Shown here in pieces: positions 36,992-47,114 of a stretch of DNA of 64,000 bases. The translations under genes were made by a program, and so were the position numbers. Each line of letters opens with the position of its first letter. Positions within the stretch are counted from its first letter, which is position 1. This DNA is from Anaeromyxobacteraceae bacterium (GTDB lineage Bacteria > Myxococcota > Myxococcia > Myxococcales > Anaeromyxobacteraceae): assembly GCA_047602405.1 (NCBI GenBank), contig JASGHJ010000002.1, positions 1,632,001 to 1,696,000 of the forward strand, written 5' to 3'. Below the pieces are notes generated by a model. It saw only the letters and a program-made list of their open reading frames with translations. It ran no database searches and was not told the origin of the DNA.

Positions 36992-38129
36992 GTGGAACCG
37001 CTCTCCCACGACGCGCCCCGCGACACGCGCCCGGACCTCCGGGCCCTCCCGCTCGAGCACGTTTCGGCGCTCGTCGCCGCGCTCGGCGAGAAGCCCTTCC
37101 GGGCCCGTCAGCTCTTCCGCTGGCTCCACCAGAAGGGCGCGGCCTCGCTCGACGAGATGAGCGACCTGTCGGCCGCGTTCCGCGCGGCGCTCGCGGAGCA
37201 GGCGACGCTCACCACCCTCGAGCGCGCGACCGAGCAGCGCTCGACCGACGGCACCATCAAGTGGACCTGGCGCACCCACGACGGGCGGCTCGTCGAGTCG
37301 GTCTACATGCCGGAGGAGGACCGCCGGACCCTCTGCGTGTCCTCCCAGGTGGGCTGCGCGGTCGGCTGCACGTTCTGCATGACCGGCACCATGGGGCTCG
37401 CCCGCAACCTGACGGCAGGCGAGATCGTCGATCAGAATCCACCGGGCCAACCGGCGGATCATCGAGCTCGGGCTGCAGCCCGGCCCCCGCCCGCTCACGA
37501 ACCTCGTGTTCATGGGCATGGGCGAGCCCCTCGCGAACTACAAGCACCTGAAGCTCGCGCTCGACCTCCTGCTGCACGAGGACGGGCCGAACTTCTCGCA
37601 CCGCCACGTCACGGTCTCGACCTCGGGGCTCGTGCCCATGATCGCGAAGCTCGGGGCGGAGACGCCGGTCAAGCTCGCCATCTCGCTCAACGCGACCACC
37701 GACCGCGTGCGGGACGAGATCATGCCGATCAACAAGCGGTTCCCGCTCGCGGAGCTGCTGGCGGCCTGCCGGGCCTTCCCGGTGAAGCAGGGCCGCCGGA
37801 TCACCTTCGAGTACGTGCTGCTCGCCGGGGTGAACGACTCGACCGAGGACGCCGAGCGGCTCTGGCGGCTCCTCAAGGGCATCCCGGCCAAGGTGAACCT
37901 CATCCCGTACAACGCGAACCCCGGGCTGCCGTTCCAGGCGCCCGCGCCGGAGCGGGTGGCCGCCTTCCAGGAGCTGCTCGCCGCCCGCAACGTGACCGCG
38001 GTCGTCCGCAAGAACCGCGGCCGCGACATCGCGGCGGCCTGCGGCCAGCTCGCCGCGGAGGGCGGGCCGGGCGATCCCCGGCGCGCCCGGGCGGCCGCGA
38101 GTTTGACCCCGCCGGGCGGGGCGGGGTAG
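36992..38129 (+). CDS. rlmN: 23S rRNA/tRNA m2A methyltransferase RlmN (apparent +1 frameshift at ~37436)
   Basis: CVSSQVGCAVGCTFC, FMGMGEP, AACGQL. Confidence 0.94.
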
Positions 38130-38140
38130 ACCGCTCCCCC

Positions 38141-39070
38141 ATGTCCCTCCTCGCGGTCGGCTCGGTCGCCCTCGACTCCCTCGAGACCCCCTTCGGCAAG
38201 CGCGACGACGTGCTCGGCGGGTCCGCCTGCTACTTCTCGACCTGCGCGAGCTTCTTCACGAAGCCCAGGCTCGTGGCGGTGGTGGGCGAGGACTTCCCCG
38301 ACGCGCACGTCCAGTTCCTGCGCTCGCGCGGCATCGACCTCGGCGGCCTCGAGCGCCGGCCCGGCCGCACCTTCCGCTGGAAGGGGCGCTACGAGTTCGA
38401 CCTCAACACCGCGCACACGCTCGACACCCAGCTGAACGTGTTCGCGGACTTCCAGCCGAAGCTCCCCGAGGCGTTCCGGGACTCGGAGTACGTCTTCCTC
38501 GGCAACATCGACCCGGAGCTGCAGCGGGCGGTGCTCGATCAGGTCCGCGCGCCGCGCTTCGTCGCCGCGGACACAATGAACTTCTGGATCGACTCGCGCC
38601 GCGACGCGCTCATGAAGACGCTGAAGCGCATCGACCTGCTCTTCGTGAACGACGCCGAGGCCCGCCAGCTCGCCGACGAGGTGAACGTGGTGCGCGCGGC
38701 GAAGAAGATCCTCTCGTTCGGCCCGCGGGCGGTGGTGGTGAAGCGGGGCGAGTACGGCTCGCTGTTCTTCTCCGGCGACGAGACGTTCGCGGCCTCGGCG
38801 TACCCCCTCCAGGCCGTGTTCGATCCGACCGGGGCGGGCGACTCCTTCGCGGGCGGCTTCATGGGCTACGTCGCGAGCCAGCGCCGGGAGGACCGGGCGA
38901 CCCTCCGCCGGGCCATCGTGCTGGGGAGCGTGCTGGCGAGCTTCACCGTCGAGCAGTTCTCGCTGGAGCGGCTGAAGACGCTCACCCCGGACGAGATCAA
39001 GGCCCGCTTCGGCGAGGCGAAGCAGCTCGCCCACTTCGACGACCTCGAGGTCGATCTCTTCGAGCGGTAA
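38141..39070 (+). CDS. PfkB-family carbohydrate/nucleoside kinase
   Basis: GSVALD, LGGSA, DPTGAGDSFAGG. Confidence 0.92.
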   Translation: MSLLAVGSVALDSLETPFGKRDDVLGGSACYFSTCASFFTKPRLVAVVGEDFPDAHVQFLRSRGIDLGGLERRPGRTFRWKGRYEFDLNTAHTLDTQLNVFADFQPKLPEAFRDSEYVFLGNIDPELQRAVLDQVRAPRFVAADTMNFWIDSRRDALMKTLKRIDLLFVNDAEARQLADEVNVVRAAKKILSFGPRAVVVKRGEYGSLFFSGDETFAASAYPLQAVFDPTGAGDSFAGGFMGYVASQRREDRATLRRAIVLGSVLASFTVEQFSLERLKTLTPDEIKARFGEAKQLAHFDDLEVDLFER

Positions 39071-39124
39071 GTTGACGCTCCCGGAGGCGCCCGGCTATCG
39101 TCCCGGTGCGCCTCACGCGCCACC

Positions 39125-39859
39125 ATGCGCATCGGGATCATCTCGGACGTCCACAGCAACCTCGAGGCGCTCACCGCCGTCATCGGCGTGCTCGAGCGGC
39201 TCAAGCCCGACCGGGTCATGTGCCTGGGGGACGTCATCGGCTACGGCGCGAGCGTGAACGAGTGCTGCGCGCTCGTCCGCAAGCACGCCGAGGTGACCCT
39301 GCTCGGGAACCACGACGCCGCGGTCGCCGGGCGGATGGACTACAGCTTCTACTACGACGCCGCCCGCCACGCGCTCGACTGGACCGCCTCCCGCATCGAG
39401 CCCGACCACCTCGAGTGGCTGCGGACGCTCCCCTACGGGCACCGGATCGACACCGTCGGCTTCACGCACGGGAACCCGGTGGACCCCGAGGCGTACGCCT
39501 ACGTGTTCGCGCTCGAGCAGGCCCGCGAGCTGTTGCCGCACTTCGGGGCCCTCGCCGACGTGAACTTCATCGGCCACTCCCACCTCTGCAAGGCGTTCGC
39601 GCTCGACCAGAAGGGCGACGTGACCGAGGTGGTCGCGACGCGCTTCGGGCTGCGCCGCGGCTACAAGTACGTCATCTCGGTGGGCTCGGTGGGCCAGCCC
39701 CGCGACTGCGACAACCGCGCGTGCTTCGTGCTCTACGACTCCGACGAGCGGATCGTCGAGTACCACCGCGTGCCGTACGACATCGAGGCCTCCGCGCAGA
39801 AGATCTTCGACGCGGACCTCGCGCTCAACTTCGGCAAGCGCCTCTTCCTGGGCGTCTGA
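39125..39859 (+). CDS. Metallophosphoesterase (calcineurin-like)
   Basis: SDVHSN, GDVIGYG, GNHD, GHSH, GSVGQPRD. Confidence 0.92.
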   Translation: MRIGIISDVHSNLEALTAVIGVLERLKPDRVMCLGDVIGYGASVNECCALVRKHAEVTLLGNHDAAVAGRMDYSFYYDAARHALDWTASRIEPDHLEWLRTLPYGHRIDTVGFTHGNPVDPEAYAYVFALEQARELLPHFGALADVNFIGHSHLCKAFALDQKGDVTEVVATRFGLRRGYKYVISVGSVGQPRDCDNRACFVLYDSDERIVEYHRVPYDIEASAQKIFDADLALNFGKRLFLGV

Positions 39860-39862
39860 CCC

Positions 39863-42148
39863 CTACACCACGCTGAGGTGCGTCGCGAGCCGGTAGCCGG
39901 CCGCGCGGCCGTCGGCGTCGAGCGCCACCACCGAGAGCGCGCCGTCCGCGACGAGGCGCGCGGGGGCGAGGCCGGGGAGGGCGCCGAGCGGCTCGCCGGT
40001 CGCCGCCGACAGGACCGCGATGCCCTCGCCGGGCGCGAGCACCGTGCCCCGGACCACCACCGGCGCCACCGAGGGCGGCGCGTGGCCGCCGGGGGCGCCG
40101 GCGCGCGACCAGCGCGGGCGCCCGTCGCGCCCCAGCGCCACGAGGGCGCCGTCCGGTCCGCGGGCGAGGAGGAGGTTGCCCGCGGGCGCGAGGGTGGGTG
40201 CGCCGGCGAGGGCGGGCGAGTCCACCCACTCCGGGGCGCCTGCGGCCGTGAGGACCGCGACCATGGCGTCGCCCGCGTGGCCGCCCGCGATGGCGATGCG
40301 GCGTCCCCACCCCACCGGCGCCGACGCCGGGGCGAAGTCGAGCGGGGCCTCCCAGAGCCGCCGGCCGCGTCCCTCCTCGAGCGCGAGGACGGCCCCGCCG
40401 GCCGGGGCCGAGCAGGTGGCGAGCCAGGCGCCCATCCAGGCGACGCAGGGCCGGAGGACCGGCCCCGGGCCGAGGACCCGGAACGCGACCCGGCCGCCGG
40501 CGTCGAGGCCGTAGAGGAAGCCGGTGTCGGCGCCCGCGACGACGAGCGGCCCGAGCGCGGCGGCGTGCAGCCGGTGCGCCCCGGGGGCCTCGAAGCGCCA
40601 GCGCACCTCGCCCGTCGCGGCGTCGAGCGCGAGGAGCCCCTCCGGGGCGACGACCACGAGCGGCCCGCCCTCCGGCGCGAGCACCGCCGCCGGGCGCGCG
40701 TCCAGCCGCGCCTCGAGGCGGAGCACCCCGGTCGCGAGGTCGTGCACGGCGAGCAGGTCCCCGCGCGCGGCGGCGACGCCGCCGGGCACGGCCCAGGCCC
40801 CGTCCGCGCCCTCGACCGACCATGCGACGGTGCCCCGGGACCGGTCCACCGCGGCGACGCGCGCGCGCCCGGCCACGATCAGGCGCCGCGCGCTCCCGGG
40901 GCCGCGCGCGGCGAGGATGCCAGCGCCCGCGGGGCGGCCCACCTCGAGCGCGAACGTCCTCCGGAAGGCGAGGCGGCGGAGCCGGCCGGGGCCGAGCGCG
41001 CGCTGGGGCACGCCGCGCGGCGGCGGCGCGCCGCCCGGTGGCTCGCCGCCGGGCCCAACCGCCTCGACGTCGCCGCGGCCGAGCTCGTCGGCCTGCGCGA
41101 GGCGATCGGCGGCGGCGTTCTCGAGCTCGGCGAGCTGGCCGTTCTCGGCCTGGCGCGGGTTCTGCCGGCGCGCGTGGCGGGCGAAGCCGGACGCCGCCTC
41201 GGCGATGGCGCGCACGAGCTCGAGCGGCGGACAGGGCGAGGCGGCCTTGCCCGGGGGGCGGGCGGTCCCGGTCGCGAGATCGAAGCCCAGGGAGGCGGGC
41301 CCACCGCCGCGCGGGAGCGCGAGCTCGGCCGCGGTGGCCCGGGCGCGCACGGCCGCGAGGAGCCGCGTCGACGCCGCGCCGAGATCGCGGAGCGCGAGGA
41401 ACGGCATCCCGGTCCACGCGGCGAGCGGGGTCCCGTCCGCGGCGGTGAGGCTCACGCGGCCCGGGGCGAGCAAGGACCCGAGGTCGGGCCGGCCGCCCTC
41501 GTAGGCGAGCACGAGGCCCTCGTCGTCGTGCAGCTCGACCCGGCAGTGCGGTCGGCCGGGGGAGGGCGGCGGGGAGGGTTCGGCGACGCCGGGTGCGGCC
41601 TGCGCCGCTCCCCCGGGCCGCGCGCGCGCCGCCCGCGGAGGGCCCGGCTGCGCGGCGCCGGGTCCGGCCCGGCGCAGGTCCCGGGCGGCGGCCCGGAGCG
41701 CGCGCCCTCCCGGGCCGGACGCCGCGGGCGCGAGGGCGGCGAGGTCGCGGAGGAAGTCCGCCGAGGCCTCGAGCGCCGCGGCGGCGAGCTCCTCGAGCTC
41801 CACGGCGACGTCCCGGGCGAGCACGCGGGAGGGCACGGCGAGCTCGACGACGGTCAGGAGCGCCTCGGCGCCCCGGCGGCGCAGGACGACCTCGAGCGCC
41901 CCGTCCCGGAACGGCACGGTCGCGACCGGGGCACCTCCCACGACGGCGCCGACGGCCCGGAGCAGCCCCTCGAGCGCGGGCAGGAGCTCCGCCTCGGCCC
42001 GTCCGCCGGCGATGTCGAACCCGTCGACCTCGATGGCGAGGGCGTCCACGACCGCCCGCGCCGCGAGGGCGCCGGCCCCACCCCCTCGGAGGGACTCCCG
42101 CAGGCGGGGGTCATGGCGCCAGGCCTGGCCGGTGCGGATCCGGATCAC
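39863..42148 (-). CDS. PQQ-like beta-propeller repeat protein with an uncharacterised N-terminal domain
   Basis: Repeated 'ALDAATGEVRW', 'AVDRSRGTVAW', 'ALGRDGRPRW' in the C-terminal half. Confidence 0.75.
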   Translation of the reverse strand: MIRIRTGQAWRHDPRLRESLRGGGAGALAARAVVDALAIEVDGFDIAGGRAEAELLPALEGLLRAVGAVVGGAPVATVPFRDGALEVVLRRRGAEALLTVVELAVPSRVLARDVAVELEELAAAALEASADFLRDLAALAPAASGPGGRALRAAARDLRRAGPGAAQPGPPRAARARPGGAAQAAPGVAEPSPPPSPGRPHCRVELHDDEGLVLAYEGGRPDLGSLLAPGRVSLTAADGTPLAAWTGMPFLALRDLGAASTRLLAAVRARATAAELALPRGGGPASLGFDLATGTARPPGKAASPCPPLELVRAIAEAASGFARHARRQNPRQAENGQLAELENAAADRLAQADELGRGDVEAVGPGGEPPGGAPPPRGVPQRALGPGRLRRLAFRRTFALEVGRPAGAGILAARGPGSARRLIVAGRARVAAVDRSRGTVAWSVEGADGAWAVPGGVAAARGDLLAVHDLATGVLRLEARLDARPAAVLAPEGGPLVVVAPEGLLALDAATGEVRWRFEAPGAHRLHAAALGPLVVAGADTGFLYGLDAGGRVAFRVLGPGPVLRPCVAWMGAWLATCSAPAGGAVLALEEGRGRRLWEAPLDFAPASAPVGWGRRIAIAGGHAGDAMVAVLTAAGAPEWVDSPALAGAPTLAPAGNLLLARGPDGALVALGRDGRPRWSRAGAPGGHAPPSVAPVVVRGTVLAPGEGIAVLSAATGEPLGALPGLAPARLVADGALSVVALDADGRAAGYRLATHLSVV

Positions 42149-42350
42149 GAGATCCTCAACATCACCGCGAAATCATGAGGATTCAACCTTGACTGCCAGG
42201 GGGGCGGGCATGAAGATGGCTGCACCGGTGCGTGCGCGCGAACCCTCGCGCGCCGCGGGCCCCAGGCAGACAACCCTGGGACCGCCGGGAGCGCTCGACG
42301 CCCCCTCCGTTGCACCGGGCTCTTTCCCCCACCTTCCCAGGTTTGAACTC

Positions 42351-44192
42351 ATGACCTTCACGGAAGCCGCCCTGGAAGTCCTGCGGCGCGAAGGCAAGCC
42401 CCTCCACTTCAAGAAGATCGTCGAACTGGCCATCCGCGAGAACCTCCTCGATCACGTCGGCAAGATCCCCGAGGAGACGATGGCCGACCAGCTGGTCGCC
42501 CACGCCCGCCTGCCGAAGGCGGAGCGGCGGATGCTCGCCGTCCAGCACGGCACGTTCGCGCTGACGGAGTGGGGCCTCGACGAGGACCTCGCCGGCATCG
42601 ACAACCTCGTGGAGGCGCCGGTCGAGGACCTGCCCATCCGCGGCCGCGAGCGGCACCCCATCCCGCTGCGCGACCTCTCCCGCCGGGGCGACCGGCAGGA
42701 GCAGGCGGTCGAGCACGGCAGGGAGCGCAACAAGGACCGCGGCGGGCGCCGGCGCGACGAGGACGGCCACCACGGCCGCCGCTTCCCGCCCCCGGCCGAG
42801 GTCGCGTTCGAGATCCTCGCCGGCGCCGGCCAGCCGCTCGACCTCGCGAACATCGCGGCGCAGGGCGCCGAGCGCCTCCTCATGGCGGACGCCTTCGTGC
42901 GCGACACGGGGTCGCTGCGCTCCGCGCTCCTCGAGGACAACCGCCGCCGCGAGTCGGCCGGCCGAAAGCCCCTCTTCGCCCTCGAGGGCGACACGGTCAC
43001 GCTCGCCGCCCAGCCCGAGCCCGGCGAGCGCGTGCCGCTGCCCTCGGTGGCGCGCGGCCCGCTCTCCGCCTCCGACCTGCGCCGCGGCGCGCTCGCGGCG
43101 CTGCGCCGGCGCCTGCGCGAGTGCGATCCGCCGACGGTCGAGCACGTCGCCGGCAGGCTGCTCGAGGCGCAGGGCTTCAGGGAGCTCAAGGTCGCGAAGC
43201 GCGGCCGCGAGCACGTCATCTACACCGCCCGCCGCAAGATGGGGCTCGGCGACGTGCGCCACGCCATCCGGATCCTGCGGAGCGGCGCGGAGGCGGGCCG
43301 GCGTGACATCACCGACCTGCGCCGCGACCTCGGCCACTACGGCGCGCAGATCGGCATCGTGCTGACCGCCGGCGAGGCGAACCGCGAGGCCCGCGGCGAG
43401 GCGAGCGCGGCCGGGCAGCTGCCCGTGCTGCTCGTCTGCGGCGAGGCCTTCGCCGAGGCGCTCGCCGAGGCGAACGTCGGGACGTCCCCGGTCGTCGTCC
43501 CGGAGCTCGACGAGGGCTTCTTCCGCGCGGCCGCCGAGGCCGCCGAGAAGGAGGAGGCGGCCCGGCTGGCCCGGCGCGAGGAGCGCGATCGCCGCCGCGA
43601 CGAGCGCGGCGACCGCGACGAGCGCGAGCCGCGGGGAGACCGCGAGCGCGATCGTGAGCGCAGGGAGCCGCGGGAGCCGCGCGAGCCGCGCGAGGTCCGT
43701 GAGCCGGTGCCGGTGGTGGCCGCGGCCGCGGGCGAGGGCGTGGAGGCGGAGCCGGTCGAGGCCGCCAGCGGCGAGCCCCGCACGCCGACCATCACCGTGG
43801 ACGCCTTCGTGTCCGCCCCGGGCTCCGAGGCCGCCGAGCCCGAGGGGCCGGACGACGAGGGCGACGAGGGCGACGACGACGGGCCGGACGACGGCGAGGG
43901 CGCCGAGGGCGAGGCCGGAGCGGCCGGCGCCGAGGCGAAGCCCGGCGAGCCGGGGCAGGGTGAGCGCCGCCGTCGTCGCCGGCGGCGCCGCCGCCGGGGC
44001 GGCCGTGGCCGTGGCCGCGAGGGCCAGGCCGCGACGCCGCAGGGCGAGGGCCCCGGAGCGGGGGGAGCGGGTGGAGCGGGGGGAGCGGGGGGAGCGGGGG
44101 GAGCGGGGGGAGGCACCCCCGAGGGCTCCCCCGCCACGAGCAGCCCCCCGCCCGCGAACGCGTCGGGCGGTGAGCCCCCCTCCGCGACATAA
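42351..44192 (+). CDS. Tandem HARE-HTH + Mrr-like nuclease-fold protein with a long charged disordered tail
   Basis: MTFTEAALEVLRREGKPLHFKKIVELAI...GTFALTEW (HARE-HTH-like); a second similar unit; an Mrr_cat-like region; RE-rich, acidic and poly-Arg tail. Confidence 0.75.
   Translation: MTFTEAALEVLRREGKPLHFKKIVELAIRENLLDHVGKIPEETMADQLVAHARLPKAERRMLAVQHGTFALTEWGLDEDLAGIDNLVEAPVEDLPIRGRERHPIPLRDLSRRGDRQEQAVEHGRERNKDRGGRRRDEDGHHGRRFPPPAEVAFEILAGAGQPLDLANIAAQGAERLLMADAFVRDTGSLRSALLEDNRRRESAGRKPLFALEGDTVTLAAQPEPGERVPLPSVARGPLSASDLRRGALAALRRRLRECDPPTVEHVAGRLLEAQGFRELKVAKRGREHVIYTARRKMGLGDVRHAIRILRSGAEAGRRDITDLRRDLGHYGAQIGIVLTAGEANREARGEASAAGQLPVLLVCGEAFAEALAEANVGTSPVVVPELDEGFFRAAAEAAEKEEAARLARREERDRRRDERGDRDEREPRGDRERDRERREPREPREPREVREPVPVVAAAAGEGVEAEPVEAASGEPRTPTITVDAFVSAPGSEAAEPEGPDDEGDEGDDDGPDDGEGAEGEAGAAGAEAKPGEPGQGERRRRRRRRRRRGGRGRGREGQAATPQGEGPGAGGAGGAGGAGGAGGAGGGTPEGSPATSSPPPANASGGEPPSAT
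44055..44108 (+). repeat. 9-bp tandem repeat (GGAGCGGGG)x6, in frame (Gly-Ala-Gly)
   Basis: Six copies, one with a single substitution. Confidence 0.85.
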
Positions 44193-44199
44193 CGGACTC

Positions 44200-45090
44200 A
44201 TGCGCCTCGCCGCGACAGGCCTCGCCCTCTCCGCCGCGCTGCTCGCGGCGGGTGGCGGAGGCTGCACCCGCGGGCCGAAGCCCGTGCACGTCACCTCCGT
44301 GCGCGTCGCGGGCGGGTCGGTGTCGGACCCGCTCAGGGAGGCCGGCCTCGACGGCGCGGCCCTCGAGGCCCTCACCCTCGCCGCGCTGCAGGGCGCGGGC
44401 TTCCGCGCCGGCGCCGGCGACCGCGCCTACCGCGCGCGGGTGGACGTGCTGGGCGTCCGGCTCGGGGCGCCCGAGCGCGGCGCGGAGGGACCGCGGGTCG
44501 AGGTGGCCGTCGAGATCGCGCTCACGCCCGAGGAGGGCAAGCAGGGCGCCGTGCTCCGCGACACCGGCTCCGGCGTCGCGAGCGTCGGCGCGCAGGGCCC
44601 CGGGGAGGCCTTCCGCCAGGCCGTCGCCGCCGCCGCGCGAGACGCCGCCGGCGGGCTCGCGCTCGGCATCGCGGCCGAGGCGAAGCCCGTGGAGCAGGTG
44701 CTCGCCGACCTCGCCTCCGCGGACCCGCGGGTCCGGGACCACGCCGTGCGGGCGCTCGCGGAGCGCCGCAGCCCGGAGGCCGTCCCCGCCCTCGTGGAGC
44801 GCCTCGAGGACTCCGACCCCGACGTGGTGCAGCGCGCGGTGGGTGCGCTCGCGCAGATCGGGGATCGCCGGGCGGTGGCGCCCCTCATCGACCTCGCGCA
44901 GCGGTCCGAGCCCGAGGTGGCGCTGCGGATGGTGCGGGTCATCGGGGACGTCGGCGGCGCCGAGGCCGAGGGTTACCTCATGACCCTCGAGTCGGGCGCC
45001 TCGGACCGGCAGGTGCGGCGCGTCGCGCGGGAGGCCCTCCGTGACCTCCGGGCCCGGGGCGACGGCACGGCGATCGCCCGCGATCGCTGA
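44200..45090 (+). CDS. HEAT-repeat lipoprotein
   Basis: Signal ending GGGC; 'DPRVRDHAVRALAE...AVPALVERLEDSDPDV...AVGALAQIGD..AVAPLI'. Confidence 0.82.
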   Translation: MRLAATGLALSAALLAAGGGGCTRGPKPVHVTSVRVAGGSVSDPLREAGLDGAALEALTLAALQGAGFRAGAGDRAYRARVDVLGVRLGAPERGAEGPRVEVAVEIALTPEEGKQGAVLRDTGSGVASVGAQGPGEAFRQAVAAAARDAAGGLALGIAAEAKPVEQVLADLASADPRVRDHAVRALAERRSPEAVPALVERLEDSDPDVVQRAVGALAQIGDRRAVAPLIDLAQRSEPEVALRMVRVIGDVGGAEAEGYLMTLESGASDRQVRRVAREALRDLRARGDGTAIARDR

Positions 45091-45136
45091 CGCGCGAGCA
45101 CCCCGGCCGCCGCCGCGCTGGGGTACGATGCGCCGC

Positions 45137-45736
45137 ATGAAGCCCGCAGTGGTCTCCGTCCTCCTCCTCGCGCTCGCCGCCTGCGCGGCCGCCCCCGCGG
45201 CGCCGGCCCGCCCCCCGCCCGGCGACGACCCGTCGCCCTACTTCCCGCTCGCGGTCGGCAACAGCTGGACCTTCGCCGATCAGTCGCCGGCGCTGCCCGC
45301 GGCGAGCCGCGGCGCGACGCGGACCGTGAAGATCGTCGGGCGCACGGCGGACGGCTTCTTCCGCGACGACCAGGGCAACGAGCTGCGCGGCGGCCCGGAC
45401 TGCGTCCGCGACCGCGTGCGCCAGCTCCTCTGCGGGCCCCTGAAGCCCGGCACCCGCTGGACCTCCACCGTGTCGGTCGGCTCGACGGAGCGGTACGAGA
45501 TCGTCGCGACCGGCGAGACCGTCGCCACGCCGGCCGGGTCGTTCGAGCGCTGCGTGCGGGTCCGCGCCACGAACCGCGCGTCGGGCGGCGTCGAGAACGT
45601 GCTCGAGACCACCTACGCGCCCGGGGTCGGGCAGATCCGCATCGAGACGTGGGCGCTCGTCGGCGGCAAGGTGTTGCCGCAGTTCCGCGCGGTGCTCGCG
45701 TCCTACCGGGTGAACGCCGCGCAGGGGGCCAGGTGA
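45137..45736 (+). CDS. Hypothetical lipoprotein
   Basis: Lipobox LAAC; 'YFPLAVGNSWTF', 'ETVATPAGSFERCVRV', 'YAPGVG'. Confidence 0.8.
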   Translation: MKPAVVSVLLLALAACAAAPAAPARPPPGDDPSPYFPLAVGNSWTFADQSPALPAASRGATRTVKIVGRTADGFFRDDQGNELRGGPDCVRDRVRQLLCGPLKPGTRWTSTVSVGSTERYEIVATGETVATPAGSFERCVRVRATNRASGGVENVLETTYAPGVGQIRIETWALVGGKVLPQFRAVLASYRVNAAQGAR

Positions 45737-47109
45737 TGCGCCCCGCAGCGCTGGCCCGCGAGGTCGGGATCGGGATCGCCGGGTTCGGCACCGTGGGCGG
45801 GGGCGTGCTCTCCATCCTCCGCCGCCACGCCGGGGACATCGAGGCGCGCCTCGGCGCGCGTATCGTGGTGCGCAAGGTGGCGGTGCGCGACGTGGAAAAG
45901 GAGCGGGCGGTCGACCTGCCGCGCGAGCTCCTCACCACCCGGCCGGAGGACCTCGTCGAGGACCCGAGCGTCGAGGTGCTCGTCGAGCTCATCGGCGGGG
46001 TCGACCGGGCCTTCGCGCTCGTGAAGGCGGCGCTCGAGCGCGGCAAGCACGTCGTCACCGCCAACAAGGCGCTCCTCGCGGCGCGCGGGGACGCGCTCTT
46101 CCGGCTCGCCCGCGCGAAGGGCGTCGACGTCTACTACGAGGCCGCGGTGTGCGGCGGCGTCCCGATCATCCGCACGCTCCGGGAGGCGCTCGCCTCCGAC
46201 CGGATCACCTCGCTCCACGGCATCGTGAACGGGACGACGAACTTCATCCTCACCGAGATGGCCGAGAAGGGCGCGGCGATCGCGCCGGTGCTCGCGGAGG
46301 CGCAGCGGCTCGGGTACGCCGAGGCCGACCCCACCCTCGACGTCTCCGGCGGCGACGCCGCGCAGAAGCTCTGCGTCCTCGCGCAGCTCGCCTTCGGCGC
46401 GAAGGTCGCCCCGGGCGACGTGCTCACCGAGGGCATCATGGCGCTCACGCCCGAGGACTTCGCCTGGGCGAAGGAGTTCGGGTACGCGCTGAAGCTCCTC
46501 GCGGTGGCGCGGCGCACGGCCCCGGAGGCCGGCCCCGCCGCCGGCGGCGCCGCCGCGGGCGGCCCCGCGGCGGGCGGCAAGGAGTCGATCGAGGTGCGGG
46601 TGCACCCGGCCTTCATCCCGAAGGGCTCGCTCCTCGCCGGCGTGCGCGGCGCGATGAACGCGGTCGTGCTGCACTCCGAGGCGCTCGGCGCGTCCATGCT
46701 CTACGGGAAGGGCGCCGGCGCCATGCCGACCGGCTCCGCCGTCGTCTCCGACATCATCGACCTCACCCGCAACATCCTGTCCGGCAGCCCGGGTCGCGTG
46801 CCCCTGCCGCCCGAGGAGCCCCGGGTGGCGCTGAGGCCGCACGCCGAGGTGCGCTGCGGGTACTACCTTCGCTTCAGCGTGAAGGACGCGCCGGGCGTGC
46901 TCGCCCGGACCGCGTCGCTCCTCGCCGCGCACCGGATCTCCATCGCCGCCGTGCAGCAGCGCGAGCAGAACGACCAGGGCCAGCCGGTGCCGCTCGTGGT
47001 GGTCACCCACGAGGCGCGCGAGGCCGACCTCGCGGCCGCGATCGCCGAGATCGACCGCGAGGCCACCACGCTCGCGCCGACGCGGCTCATCCGCATCGAG
47101 GCGGTCTAG
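45733..47109 (+). CDS. hom: Homoserine dehydrogenase with ACT domain
   Basis: GFGTVGGG, VVTANK, EAAVCGGVP, NGTTN, GYAEADP. Confidence 0.95.
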   Translation: MMRPAALAREVGIGIAGFGTVGGGVLSILRRHAGDIEARLGARIVVRKVAVRDVEKERAVDLPRELLTTRPEDLVEDPSVEVLVELIGGVDRAFALVKAALERGKHVVTANKALLAARGDALFRLARAKGVDVYYEAAVCGGVPIIRTLREALASDRITSLHGIVNGTTNFILTEMAEKGAAIAPVLAEAQRLGYAEADPTLDVSGGDAAQKLCVLAQLAFGAKVAPGDVLTEGIMALTPEDFAWAKEFGYALKLLAVARRTAPEAGPAAGGAAAGGPAAGGKESIEVRVHPAFIPKGSLLAGVRGAMNAVVLHSEALGASMLYGKGAGAMPTGSAVVSDIIDLTRNILSGSPGRVPLPPEEPRVALRPHAEVRCGYYLRFSVKDAPGVLARTASLLAAHRISIAAVQQREQNDQGQPVPLVVVTHEAREADLAAAIAEIDREATTLAPTRLIRIEAV

Positions 47110-47114
47110 GCCGC

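Noticed and set aside
35132..39070. Apparent 1312-aa hemolysin-RlmN-PfkB fusion (also 56837..59200 and 26617..29601 fusions)
   Set aside because: Artefacts of frameshifts and stop-poor frames; each gene has its own start and stop
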